From a virus (lineage: Duplodnaviria; Caudoviricetes), in the IMG/VR virus record IMGVR_UViG_3300005805_000154, positions 1-43,428 of that record: a DNA stretch of 43,428 bases; one strand, 5' to 3'. Under the pieces are notes generated by a model. It searched no databases and was not told the origin of the DNA. It saw nothing but the letters and a program-made list of their open reading frames with translations. Below, one piece after another: positions 28,320 through 37,987 of the stretch (positions within the stretch are counted from its first letter, which is position 1; each line of letters begins with the position of its first letter). The translations under genes and the position numbers were made by a program.

Positions 28320-28391
28320 GGGGGTATAGCTTAATGGTCAGAGCGGGCTCCTTATAAGGGCTTAGTCTGGGTTCAACTCCCAGTATCCCCA
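28320..28391 (+). tRNA. tRNA-Ile(UAU)
   Basis: Acceptor GGGGGTA/TATCCCC; anticodon arm GGCTC-CTTATAA-GGGCT; TTCAA T-loop; CCA not encoded. Confidence 0.88.
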
Positions 28392-28414
28392 TTCGCTGTT
28401 TGCGAATAGCGAAT

Positions 28415-28488
28415 GCTCCTTTAGCTCTCTGGTTGAAAGCACCGAACTCATAATTCGGCTAAGGTCGGTTCGATCCCGACAAGGAGCA
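28415..28488 (+). tRNA. tRNA with CAU anticodon (Ile2 or elongator Met)
   Basis: Acceptor GCTCCTT/AAGGAGC; anticodon arm CCGAA-CTCATAA-TTCGG; GTTCGA T-loop; no initiator features. Confidence 0.88.
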
Positions 28489-28489
28489 C

Positions 28490-28518
28490 TTGACCACTAT
28501 GACTTTTTGAGTTATAAT
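28490..28518 (+). promoter_or_regulatory. Sigma70 promoter for tRNA-Leu
   Basis: TTGACC-N17-TATAAT. Confidence 0.8.
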
Positions 28519-28528
28519 GGTCTCACAA

Positions 28529-28613
28529 GCGAGTATGGTGGAATCGGTAGACACACCAGACTTAAAATCTGTTGGGCATTACGCCCGTGGGAGTTCAAGT
28601 CTCCCTACTCGCA
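28529..28613 (+). tRNA. tRNA-Leu(UAA), intron-less
   Basis: Acceptor GCGAGTA/TACTCGC; CAGA-CTTAAAA-TCTG anticodon arm; long variable arm GGGC..GCCC. Confidence 0.93.
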
Positions 28614-28618
28614 CTTAA

Positions 28619-28626
28619 AATAAATA
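28619..28626 (+). promoter_or_regulatory. T4-type late promoter
   Basis: AATAAATA upstream of 28648. Confidence 0.55.
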
Positions 28627-28647
28627 CAAGATATTTAAATAACGTAA

Positions 28648-28953
28648 ATGTCTTATAGGATACGCAAAGCATATTGTTGGTATAATAAAGGAACGCAACT
28701 TGTTTTGATGTATTTTATTAATCACGTACCGTTTACTTTTGATGACTTAACAGAAGATGCTCTTACTGATCTTGAAATAATTAAATTAGCGGATAATGAA
28801 AGAAGATTTGAACCAGACGACTTATATAAATCTTCATTCTATCTTATAGATGAGGAAGCGCACCCTTGTTTATTTCCAGTAGAATTAGAAAATCCTGAGG
28901 ATATGCCCGAAGACACTGATTATCAATTAGATGGGGAAGATTTGTGTTCATAA
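28648..28953 (+). CDS. Hypothetical cyanophage protein
   Basis: 101-aa acidic ORF with MYFIN.VPFTFD and YLIDEE.HP motifs. Confidence 0.75.
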   Translation: MSYRIRKAYCWYNKGTQLVLMYFINHVPFTFDDLTEDALTDLEIIKLADNERRFEPDDLYKSSFYLIDEEAHPCLFPVELENPEDMPEDTDYQLDGEDLCS

Positions 28954-28956
28954 ATA
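28949..28956 (+). promoter_or_regulatory. T4-type late promoter
   Basis: CATAAATA upstream of 28989. Confidence 0.55.
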
Positions 28957-28988
28957 AAGCATAGACTAATTTTGTAAGAAATAAAGCA

Positions 28989-31900
28989 ATGCCTCTTAAT
29001 AAGTTAGATAATTTTATTAAAAATACTGACGGCAGAATTTTATATGTCAGTCCCAGTGATTTAAATGCTACTGATAACATCACCAACCAAGGAAATTCTT
29101 TAGCACAACCATTTAAAACCATTCAAAGAGCTCTCTTAGAAGCGGCAAGATTTTCTTACTTAAGAGGTTCTGATAATGATATCACTGAAAAAACTACAAT
29201 TTTACTGTTACCTGGTGATCATGTAATTGATAATAGACCTGGATTTGCAATTAAAACTGATGGTGGAGTAAAGGCAGTATCGCCATCGGGAGATGATACG
29301 CAATCAGCACAAGATGTATTTTCATTATCATTATCATCTAATTTTGATTTAACACAAGAAGACAATATTTTATATAAGTTTAATAGTATAAGAGGTGGTG
29401 TTATTGTTCCAAGAGGAACATCTATTGTAGGTTTAGATCTCAGAAAATCTAAGATTAGACCAAAATATATTCCAAACCCAACTGACGATAATGTAGATCC
29501 ATCAGCAATCTTCAGAATTACTGGTGCATGTTATTTTTGGCAGTTTTCAATTTTTGATGGTAATGAAAGTGAATTAGTTTATACAGATGATGCTAATTTT
29601 TCATCTGTAAACCAATCAACTCCAACATTCAGTCACCATAAACTAACAGCATTTGAATATGCAGATGGTGTTAATTTGGTTCCGGGATATAATTTAACTG
29701 ATCTTGACATTTATTATAGTAAACTTTCGAATGCATTTAACCCTTCATCGGGAAGAGATATTATAGAAAAATATCCTGCAGAGGCATTAGGATTTGCAAA
29801 ACAGAGACCAGAATGGGAAATTGTTGGTGCATTTGCAACTGATCCCGTAAATATATCATCAATTATTTCTGGAGATGGATTAACATTAAGCAATGTAGTT
29901 ACAGTAACAACTACAACCCCACACGGTTTAAGTACTGGAACTCCAATTAAGATTAATGGAGTTAATGCAGTAGATTATAATGTTTCTACAAAAGTACAAA
30001 ATGTCTTGAGTTCAACACAATTTACTTATGTTTTACCTTTTGTAAGAAATAATCTTCCTGCGGCACCTTCTGCAGCATCTGCAACGGTTACAATTGAAAC
30101 TGACACTGTTGGTGGAGCATCCCCATACATCTTTAACGTATCATTACGTTCTGTTTGGGGTATGAACGGTATGCTTGCCGATGGTAGCAAGGCATCAGGT
30201 TTTAGAAGCATGGTTGTCGCCCAATTTACTGGTGTTTCTTTACAAAAAGATGATCGTGCATTTGTTAAATACGATCCAACATCTAGAATTTATAGAAAAA
30301 TTAATATAACACCAGTAACTGGTGCTGCACTAGCATCTCAATCTTCATCAACAAATCCAGAAACTGCATATCATTTGGATTCCGATGCAATTTATAGACA
30401 AGGATGGGAACAAACTCATATTAAATTGACGAATGATGCATTCATTCAGATTGTTTCAGTATTTGCGATTGGTTTCAATAAGCACTTTTATGCAGAGTCT
30501 GGTGGTGATGGAAGTATCACCAACTCAAACTCAAACTTTGGTCAGTTTTCTCTTGTTGCCGATGGATTTAAGAAAACTGCATTTGAAAAGGATGATCAAG
30601 CATATGTAACTTCAATTATTACACCAAGATCAATTACAGGATCTTCGTTTAATGTCGATTGGATTCCATTTGATGTGGGATTGACAACATCTGTAGGTAT
30701 TTCAAGTCATTTATACCTTTTTGGATATAATGATGCAAATCAATTACCTCCAAATATTTCTCAAGGATATAGAATTGGTGCCAATGTATCGGATAAATTA
30801 TATCTGAATTTTAATAATACCACATATGAAGCACCAATTTATATGGTGAATTCATTCTCTGGTAATGTTTCTTTAGGTACAATTGTATCGCAAAAATCAT
30901 ATTCAATTTCAGGTACTCCATCATCAAATATCTTTACAACCACAACTACACACGAATTAACCTCTGGTGAAAAAGTAAGAATTTATAGTGATAATGGGGA
31001 TATACCAGAAAATCTTGAAAATAATAAAGTTTATTATGCAATCACAAGTGATGTAGACGGTGCATTATCATCATCTCAATTTAAATTAGCATCATCATTA
31101 TCAAATTCATCTTTAAATATTCCAATTACTGTTTATGGTGGTACAAGTCTTAAGGTTGTAAGTACAGTATCAGATAAACAATCAGGAGATATTGGATCAC
31201 CAATTCAATTTGATTCGGTAAATAACGGTTGGTACATTCATACTGCACAATCAAATGCAATCTACAGTTTAATTGAGGCGCAAGGTGTAACTGGATTATC
31301 CCCATCAACAAACTCAGCATATGTAAAGAGAATTGCTGATAACAGAGGACTTGATGAAAAAATTTATAAACTAAGAGTATTCATTCCAAAAGAAAGTGAC
31401 AATACTAAAGATCCTTTAGAATCATTTGTTATTCAAGAATCAAGTAATACTGGAATCAGAAACGATAATGACGTATCTCTAACTACATTAACAACATCAG
31501 ACTATCAGTATAATAGAAACTTAAGATTAATTGCAACTTGTAGTGAATCTGCAAATGTTGTTACGGTAAGAGCAGAACATCCACATAATCTAAAAGTTGA
31601 TGATATTGTAATTGTTAAGAATGTAAAAAGTTCTAATAATGTGACTGCATCTGATAATATTGGATATAATGGAACATTTAAGGTTGTTAGTGTTACCAAT
31701 GCTTATACATTTACATATTCAACTACGGATGTAAACGGATTAGTTCATGCAAATCCAGGAACATTTACAAATGATATTAATGTAAGAAATACGTTACTTC
31801 CAAGATTTGAAAAAAATGATGTAAAAACAAATTATTACATTTATAGAAAAGAATCAATTACTCCATATATCAAAGATGTTCAGGATGGAGTATATCATCT

Positions 31901-34244
31901 ATACGTATTAAATGCTGGTAATGCAGTAGAGACTGAATTTACTAATTTAAAATATTCGCAAAACATCACTGATCTTTATCCACAAACTGATAGAGATAAT
32001 CCAAATGATAACCCAAATTCTTCTGCAACTTATGCAAAGAGATTTCCAGTTGGTGATGTATTAACTAATGATCTTAAAAAGAGTGTTACTCGCGAAACTA
32101 TTGATGGTTTCTTAAAAGATTTTGGTCTTGGATTAAAAATTCAAACTGTAACTACAGCATCAACAACAGTTACAATAACTTTTGATAGGGAACATGGATT
32201 AAATGGTATCGCAAGTTGTACAATTGATCCATCAAATGTCAGCGATCACACACCTGGAACATATTATAATGTAAGAGTATTCGGTAATATTGCTCTTTCG
32301 ACTTGGAATGGTGCTTATGCAAAAGTAGTTGTTAATGGATCTGGTGCAATTACATCAGTAGATATCACTGAATCTGGTTCATTCTATACTGCTGGATCTA
32401 CTCTTTATCTTGATAAAGCTGTAATTGGTGGAAGTGATTCTCCAGTTACAATTGCAGCAGCAGATATTATTTCTGCTATAGGAAACGTTGTACAAATTAC
32501 TGGTAATGGAACATTAGATAGTGAGTATTATAGAATTGATAGTGTTCTTACTACAAGTAGAATTAGAGTATCAAAAGCAAGCACTGGATATCCATCGGTA
32601 GTTGCTGGGCAATATGCTTTTGTTGTAGGTCCTTCAATTACAATTAATTCAACATCTGCAGTTTCTGCTGGAATTGCAACCTTTACATCTTCAAGTGCTC
32701 ATGGATTAATTCCAGGAAATCAAGTTAAAGTTATAGACAGTAATGCAAATAATCTTGGAAATTATATCGTAAGAGAAGTTCCTACTATAACAACATTTAA
32801 TGTTTCTGTTTCTGGATCATTTGCAACAACACCTGCTTTCGCATTAAAGCATGGAATATCTTCAAATGAATCAATATCAGATAAAACAAATGAAAATCTT
32901 GGAGTTAGAGATATAACATTCTATGATAATGATGTTTTAACTGCTGTATCATTTACTTCAGATACTACAATTCAAGTTACAAGTCCAGTAAGCGGTAATA
33001 TTATAAAGAGATTCCCTCTTGGGACTTATATTCAAATTAATGGTGAAATAATGAGAGTTGCTAGTAGCACTCTTGTTGGACCAGGAAATAATCGACTTGT
33101 AGTTATTCGTGCTGCTCTTGGAACACGTAAGAAAACACATGCTGCAAATTCAATCATTAAAAAGATTAAACCTCTTGCAGTTGAATTCCGTAGACCTTCA
33201 ATTCTTCGTGCTTCTGGACATACTTTCGAATATCTTGGATATGGTCCAGGTAACTATTCAACAGCACTTCCACAATTACAAGTAAAAACATTATCAGAAA
33301 AAGAAGATTTCTTAGCACAATCTCAAGAAAGTTCTTGTGGAAGTGTAATTTATACTGGAACGAATAGTAATGGTGATTTCTTTATTGGTAACACTAAGTA
33401 TTCAGCATCAAGTGGTGAGCAAACAACTTTTGACATTCCTATTCCAACAATTACTGGTGAAGATCCATCTAGATTAAGTGTTGTTTTCGACGAAGTTACA
33501 ATAAAAGAAAGATTAGTTGTTGAAGGTGGAAACTCTGGAACTGTATTATCTCAATTTGATGGTCCAGTTGCATTTAACAATGATGTTAAATTTAATGGCA
33601 ATATCTTCTCAATTTCTCCACTTAAAGTATTCAATACTACACAAGCAACAAGCAAAGATAGTGGAGCATTAATTGTTGAAGGTGGTGTAGGAATTGAAAA
33701 GAATCTTTATGTTGGAGGAGACTTTACAGTTTCTGGAACTGCAAACTTCTTAGGAGATGTTAACTTTAATAATGCAGAAGTTGATAATATTACAGTTGGT
33801 AATATAAGAATTGCAGTGTTAAATGATCAGACTATTGACACTAGATCAGGTAATTTAGTATTATCTGCTACTTCAGGTGGTAATGTTTCAATTTCTACGG
33901 ATACTTTTATAAGTTATGACTTAAATGTAAGTGGAGATATTACTGCATTCTATAGTTCTGATGAAAGATTGAAAGATAATATTACACCAATTCCAGATGC
34001 TTTGAATAAAGTGATCTCAATTAGTGGAAACACATTTAGTTGGAATGAAAATTCATCTCACACTGGAACTGATGTTGGAGTCGTTGCCCAAGAAATTCAG
34101 AAAGTTCTTCCAGATGCAGTAATTGAAAAAGATAATGGTTATCTTGGAGTTAGTTATGAAAAGATTATTCCATTGTTAATTGAAGCAATTAAGGATCTGT
34201 CACATAAAGTTGAAGTTCTTGAGAAACAAATTGGCAATAAATAA
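28989..34244 (+). CDS. 1751-aa tail fibre/spike protein with a beta-helix and C-terminal S74 chaperone
   Basis: ILYVSP..GNSL..PFKTIQRA, repeated HGL/HEL motifs, SSDERLKDNI..GVVAQE..LLIEAIK. Confidence 0.85.
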   Translation: MPLNKLDNFIKNTDGRILYVSPSDLNATDNITNQGNSLAQPFKTIQRALLEAARFSYLRGSDNDITEKTTILLLPGDHVIDNRPGFAIKTDGGVKAVSPSGDDTQSAQDVFSLSLSSNFDLTQEDNILYKFNSIRGGVIVPRGTSIVGLDLRKSKIRPKYIPNPTDDNVDPSAIFRITGACYFWQFSIFDGNESELVYTDDANFSSVNQSTPTFSHHKLTAFEYADGVNLVPGYNLTDLDIYYSKLSNAFNPSSGRDIIEKYPAEALGFAKQRPEWEIVGAFATDPVNISSIISGDGLTLSNVVTVTTTTPHGLSTGTPIKINGVNAVDYNVSTKVQNVLSSTQFTYVLPFVRNNLPAAPSAASATVTIETDTVGGASPYIFNVSLRSVWGMNGMLADGSKASGFRSMVVAQFTGVSLQKDDRAFVKYDPTSRIYRKINITPVTGAALASQSSSTNPETAYHLDSDAIYRQGWEQTHIKLTNDAFIQIVSVFAIGFNKHFYAESGGDGSITNSNSNFGQFSLVADGFKKTAFEKDDQAYVTSIITPRSITGSSFNVDWIPFDVGLTTSVGISSHLYLFGYNDANQLPPNISQGYRIGANVSDKLYLNFNNTTYEAPIYMVNSFSGNVSLGTIVSQKSYSISGTPSSNIFTTTTTHELTSGEKVRIYSDNGDIPENLENNKVYYAITSDVDGALSSSQFKLASSLSNSSLNIPITVYGGTSLKVVSTVSDKQSGDIGSPIQFDSVNNGWYIHTAQSNAIYSLIEAQGVTGLSPSTNSAYVKRIADNRGLDEKIYKLRVFIPKESDNTKDPLESFVIQESSNTGIRNDNDVSLTTLTTSDYQYNRNLRLIATCSESANVVTVRAEHPHNLKVDDIVIVKNVKSSNNVTASDNIGYNGTFKVVSVTNAYTFTYSTTDVNGLVHANPGTFTNDINVRNTLLPRFEKNDVKTNYYIYRKESITPYIKDVQDGVYHLYVLNAGNAVETEFTNLKYSQNITDLYPQTDRDNPNDNPNSSATYAKRFPVGDVLTNDLKKSVTRETIDGFLKDFGLGLKIQTVTTASTTVTITFDREHGLNGIASCTIDPSNVSDHTPGTYYNVRVFGNIALSTWNGAYAKVVVNGSGAITSVDITESGSFYTAGSTLYLDKAVIGGSDSPVTIAAADIISAIGNVVQITGNGTLDSEYYRIDSVLTTSRIRVSKASTGYPSVVAGQYAFVVGPSITINSTSAVSAGIATFTSSSAHGLIPGNQVKVIDSNANNLGNYIVREVPTITTFNVSVSGSFATTPAFALKHGISSNESISDKTNENLGVRDITFYDNDVLTAVSFTSDTTIQVTSPVSGNIIKRFPLGTYIQINGEIMRVASSTLVGPGNNRLVVIRAALGTRKKTHAANSIIKKIKPLAVEFRRPSILRASGHTFEYLGYGPGNYSTALPQLQVKTLSEKEDFLAQSQESSCGSVIYTGTNSNGDFFIGNTKYSASSGEQTTFDIPIPTITGEDPSRLSVVFDEVTIKERLVVEGGNSGTVLSQFDGPVAFNNDVKFNGNIFSISPLKVFNTTQATSKDSGALIVEGGVGIEKNLYVGGDFTVSGTANFLGDVNFNNAEVDNITVGNIRIAVLNDQTIDTRSGNLVLSATSGGNVSISTDTFISYDLNVSGDITAFYSSDERLKDNITPIPDALNKVISISGNTFSWNENSSHTGTDVGVVAQEIQKVLPDAVIEKDNGYLGVSYEKIIPLLIEAIKDLSHKVEVLEKQIGNK
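34236..34243 (+). promoter_or_regulatory. T4-type late promoter
   Basis: AATAAATA upstream of 34260. Confidence 0.55.
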
Positions 34245-34259
34245 TTAAAAACATCTAAG

Positions 34260-35834
34260 ATGGCAAATTATAATAAGTCTTTTAGTTTTAGGAATGGTGT
34301 ACAAGTTGATGAAGATGCATTAGTCGTAAGAAATTCTTTAGTGGGGATTAACACGCAAATTCCCACTGAAGTTTTAGATGTTTATGGAACTGCAAAAGTA
34401 ACAGGACTTACTACTACACAGTCACTATATGTTGATGGAACATCAACTCTTGGAAATATAAACATTGGAACTGGAATTAAAGTACAGAAGAGTACTGGTA
34501 TTATAACAGCAACTGCCTTTTATGGCAATGGCGCAACACTTTCAAACTTACCAACTTCTCAATGGATTGATGTTGATGTAGGTCTTGGATTTACCAGTAT
34601 CTATGCACAAGGAAACGTAGGTATATCGACCACAGACCCACGTTTTAGGTTTCAAGTAGGAGCAAACCCAAATACTGGCGCAGCAGGCGTTGGAATCGAT
34701 TCTACGGGCAATATACGAGCATCTGGAATTATTACTGCAACCTCTTTTGTTGGAGTTGGATCATTAATCACTAATATTAATGCTTCTAATATTACATCAG
34801 GAACTATTTTAAACGATTATCTTCCTGCTATTGATAATACAAAACTTCCATCTAATCCATCATTCACTTCAGTAACTGCAACCAATGCTTTTTTTGGTGG
34901 ATTGGTCGGAATTGCATCAACCGCAAGAGGATTGACTGGAAGTCCAAATATCACTGTTACAAACGTTACAGCATCAAGTGTAAATTCTACAAATATTCTT
35001 TCATCTGGAATTAGTACAGTAACAACAGAATTTAATGTTGGAACTGGTGGAACTGCAATTACAGCATTAAATAGTGGTCGGATTGGCATTGGAACAGGAA
35101 TTCCTGGTTCTGAATTACAAATTCGTAAAAATACAAATTCATTGGTAGAAATTGTTAGTGAAAGTGGTCAAGCAAGATTAAGTATAGGTCAGGTTACTGG
35201 AGTAGGAAATAGCACTGGTGTACTTAGATTTGGAAGTCTGGCAAAATCATTAGATATTATTAATAATGATACAGGCAATTTATCGTTCTATTTACATTCT
35301 GGTGGTGCTGGAATTAATACTGGAAGATTTGCCTGGATATATGGACAATCAAACACTGAAAGAATGTCCTTAACTTATGATGGAAGATTGGGACTTGGAG
35401 TTGCAAACCCAAGTAATACATTACATGTTGTTGGAACTTCAACAGTAACAAATAATTCTTATGTTGGTGGAAATTTAGAAGTAGTTGGATCCTTAACTGT
35501 AGGTGTAAATGCTAATAAACTTGTTCTTGGATCAGGTGCAAGTCAAGTTTTAAATAATGTAAATATTTCCACAAACTCAGGAATTACTACATTATCACAA
35601 CTTCATATTACAAATGGATCACTTCTTGCAATTGGTACAAATAATCCTGATGTTGATTATTATGCAGATATACGTGGTCCAGTTAAAGTTACTGGTATTG
35701 TAACAGCAACGACATTTATTGGCAACTTTGCAAGTCCAGCATCATCAGCAACACCAGTTCAAATCACTGTTTCTGGTGGAAGAATAGTCTTTACTGTTAC
35801 TGGTGTTGGATCGACTTCATTTGCACTGGCTTGA
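34260..35834 (+). CDS. Tail fibre-like structural protein
   Basis: Repeated VGI.T..P and GIITAT.F.G motifs. Confidence 0.75.
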   Translation: MANYNKSFSFRNGVQVDEDALVVRNSLVGINTQIPTEVLDVYGTAKVTGLTTTQSLYVDGTSTLGNINIGTGIKVQKSTGIITATAFYGNGATLSNLPTSQWIDVDVGLGFTSIYAQGNVGISTTDPRFRFQVGANPNTGAAGVGIDSTGNIRASGIITATSFVGVGSLITNINASNITSGTILNDYLPAIDNTKLPSNPSFTSVTATNAFFGGLVGIASTARGLTGSPNITVTNVTASSVNSTNILSSGISTVTTEFNVGTGGTAITALNSGRIGIGTGIPGSELQIRKNTNSLVEIVSESGQARLSIGQVTGVGNSTGVLRFGSLAKSLDIINNDTGNLSFYLHSGGAGINTGRFAWIYGQSNTERMSLTYDGRLGLGVANPSNTLHVVGTSTVTNNSYVGGNLEVVGSLTVGVNANKLVLGSGASQVLNNVNISTNSGITTLSQLHITNGSLLAIGTNNPDVDYYADIRGPVKVTGIVTATTFIGNFASPASSATPVQITVSGGRIVFTVTGVGSTSFALA

Positions 35835-35859
35835 CAAGAGACCGGAATACCAGTAGACT
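35831..35859 (+). promoter_or_regulatory. Sigma70-type promoter
   Basis: TTGACA-N17-TAGACT. Confidence 0.7.
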
Positions 35860-35900
35860 AGGTTTGTCCCGGTTGAAGATGAGGCTTTAGCTATCTTTAA

Positions 35901-35957
35901 GACACTTTAAGAACTGTCCACTAAGACCCTACCAAGGGTCTTTTTTAATGTTATACT
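35901..35957 (+). promoter_or_regulatory. Palindrome-plus-(-10) element, copy 1
   Basis: GACACTT-TAAG-AACTGTCCAC, 30 nt, then TATACT. Confidence 0.6.
35923..35946 (+). terminator. Intrinsic terminator
   Basis: AAGACCCT-ACCA-AGGGTCTT followed by a T tract. Confidence 0.75.
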
Positions 35958-35980
35958 ATCAGTATCAACAAAACACCACC

Positions 35981-37210
35981 ATGACTCAACTTCGTTCCAG
36001 TCAACAGCGTTCTCTTGAAGCAATGCTTGAGTTTGATAAAGGTCAATTAATCAAACCAACAGGATCTGGTAAGACTATTACTATGATCTATGATGCAATT
36101 CGTGAGTTTTCTAATAAGAACTCACAACTGATTGTAGTTGTTGCACCACGTATTCTTCTTGTGGAACAACTAACTTCTGAATTTATGGAACATGTTACGA
36201 ATGCATCAGTACTTCATGTTCGTAGTGGTAAAACACATTATAATAGCACAACTCAACCTGGTCAGATTCGTAAGTGGGTTGAGAATACACAAGGACATAA
36301 GTTGATCTTTACTACTTATGATTCTTTGGAGAAGATTGTTCATGCATGTGTTGATGTAAATACAATTTACTTTGATGAAGCACATAATAGTGTAAAGAAA
36401 TCATTTTTTGAATCCACAAAGCATTTTAGTTACTTTGCAGATCGTTGTTACTTTTTCACTGCAACACCAAAGCATAGCAATACGAATTCAAAACCTGGTA
36501 TGAATGATGTAGATGTTTATGGTCGTGTGATTATGAATGTATCTGCAACTGAACTTGTTGAAAAGGGATATATTCTTCCTCCTAAGATTAATGTTCAATC
36601 GATTGATATGAGTCGTGATAAAGAATATGGTGCTGAACGTGATTGCATGACTCTTCTGGATACTATTTTGAATGAGGATAATATGCAGAAGGTATTGATT
36701 GCAGCACCGAATACTAAAGTTATGATTCGTATGATTGCTGAGACTGAGTTTATGAATGAAATGCATTCATCAGGTTATGATGTACTTTGGATCACTGCAA
36801 AGTATGGTGCATTTATCAATAACAAAAAAGTTGATCGTGATGTATTCTTTCAGACTTTGAAGGAATATGGTAAAGATCCTGACAAAAAGTTTGTTGTTCT
36901 ACACTATAGTATTCTTTCTGAGGGTATCGATTGCCCTGGGTTGACAGCATGTGTTATGATGCGTCAGATGGATGTCATTCAAATGTGTCAAACCATCGGT
37001 CGTGTGATTCGTTTGAGTCCTAATGATTCTGATCGAATCAAAACAGGTCAACTTGTTTCAGGTGACATTGACAATTATTCTAAAGCGTTTGGTATGATTC
37101 ATGTTCCAGTTTATTCAAATACTGGTATCTCCACTGCTCGTCGTTTGGAAAGCATTGTCGATACTGTGTTTATCAAAGGTCAACCTGCTATTTCCGTAAT
37201 TAACAAATGA
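35981..37210 (+). CDS. SF2 DEAH helicase (type III Res-like)
   Basis: PTGSGKT, FDEAH, TATP, EGID and QTIGRVIR motifs. ATG 35981 lies downstream of the -10 box. Confidence 0.9.
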   Translation: MTQLRSSQQRSLEAMLEFDKGQLIKPTGSGKTITMIYDAIREFSNKNSQLIVVVAPRILLVEQLTSEFMEHVTNASVLHVRSGKTHYNSTTQPGQIRKWVENTQGHKLIFTTYDSLEKIVHACVDVNTIYFDEAHNSVKKSFFESTKHFSYFADRCYFFTATPKHSNTNSKPGMNDVDVYGRVIMNVSATELVEKGYILPPKINVQSIDMSRDKEYGAERDCMTLLDTILNEDNMQKVLIAAPNTKVMIRMIAETEFMNEMHSSGYDVLWITAKYGAFINNKKVDRDVFFQTLKEYGKDPDKKFVVLHYSILSEGIDCPGLTACVMMRQMDVIQMCQTIGRVIRLSPNDSDRIKTGQLVSGDIDNYSKAFGMIHVPVYSNTGISTARRLESIVDTVFIKGQPAISVINK

Positions 37211-37431
37211 ATTTAGAAAACCGAACTTTACTTGATGCTGTATCATTTCATCCAGGATATGTTACCAAAGATGGGGAATGGGCTGCCGTTCCATTTAATA
37301 AAAAACAATTCATAATCATTCATGGTGGACATCAAGTCCACAAATGCAATTCAATTCAAACTGCAAAAAGTTACATTCAAAAACAGATCAAATCCAAAAA
37401 CAAACCAACACTAGAAAAGTTCTTAAAGTAA
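37207..37431 (+). CDS. Small hypothetical protein
   Basis: ATGA-type overlap with the helicase stop. Confidence 0.7.
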   Translation: MNLENRTLLDAVSFHPGYVTKDGEWAAVPFNKKQFIIIHGGHQVHKCNSIQTAKSYIQKQIKSKNKPTLEKFLK

Positions 37432-37433
37432 TT

Positions 37434-37787
37434 ATGAAAAACCTTCTTGCTCTTTTGATTCTTCTTCCTCTTCCTGCTTTTGCTTCTCCAGCATTCAAAT
37501 ATAAGACAAATTGCTATTTGGAATATGAAAATCAATATTATGAAGACGTTTGTACTGTGGTTGAAACTAGGGAAGATAAAGGATTTTTAAAAACGAGAAA
37601 TGTATATTCAAACAAATTTGGGTTGACTGTTAAACTTCGTTGGGATGGAAAACAGTTTCTTACGTGGGATTCCCATAACAAGTATGAGTACAAGTGGGAA
37701 TATAAACTTGGAAACATTCCTATGAGCACACAACCCCATACCTACATTATGCCTGGTGTTCTTTTGGAATCTGTAAGTTACGATTGA
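37434..37787 (+). CDS. Hypothetical secreted protein
   Basis: MKNLLALLILLPLPAFA signal peptide from ATG 37434. Confidence 0.7.
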   Translation: MKNLLALLILLPLPAFASPAFKYKTNCYLEYENQYYEDVCTVVETREDKGFLKTRNVYSNKFGLTVKLRWDGKQFLTWDSHNKYEYKWEYKLGNIPMSTQPHTYIMPGVLLESVSYD

Positions 37788-37816
37788 TGTTAAATAGATT
37801 AACATAGGAGAAAACA

Positions 37817-37987
37817 ATGGAAGATGCAACTAACGAGAAATGGAATCGTGGACTCACTCTATTTGAAGAAAGCGTATTGAAACCAGATCACGAACTTAGA
37901 AATTGTGCTCACAATCAACATTGTTATCATGAACTAATGTATATTCGTGAACATGTGCTACAATACATCAAAACTTTAAGAAAATGA
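37817..37987 (+). CDS. 56-aa hypothetical protein (not in the ORF track)
   Basis: AGGAG RBS; MEDATNEKWNRGLTLFEESVLKPDHELRNCAHNQHCYHELM...; ATGA overlap with the next ORF. Confidence 0.75.
   Translation: MEDATNEKWNRGLTLFEESVLKPDHELRNCAHNQHCYHELMYIREHVLQYIKTLRK

Noticed and set aside
28529-28613. Group I intron in tRNA-Leu(UAA), as in many cyanobacteria
   Set aside because: The anticodon loop is contiguous.
35981-37210. Helicase as part of a restriction-modification system or as UvsW
   Set aside because: No adjacent methyltransferase or nuclease domain is visible, and I could not recognise UvsW-specific features.
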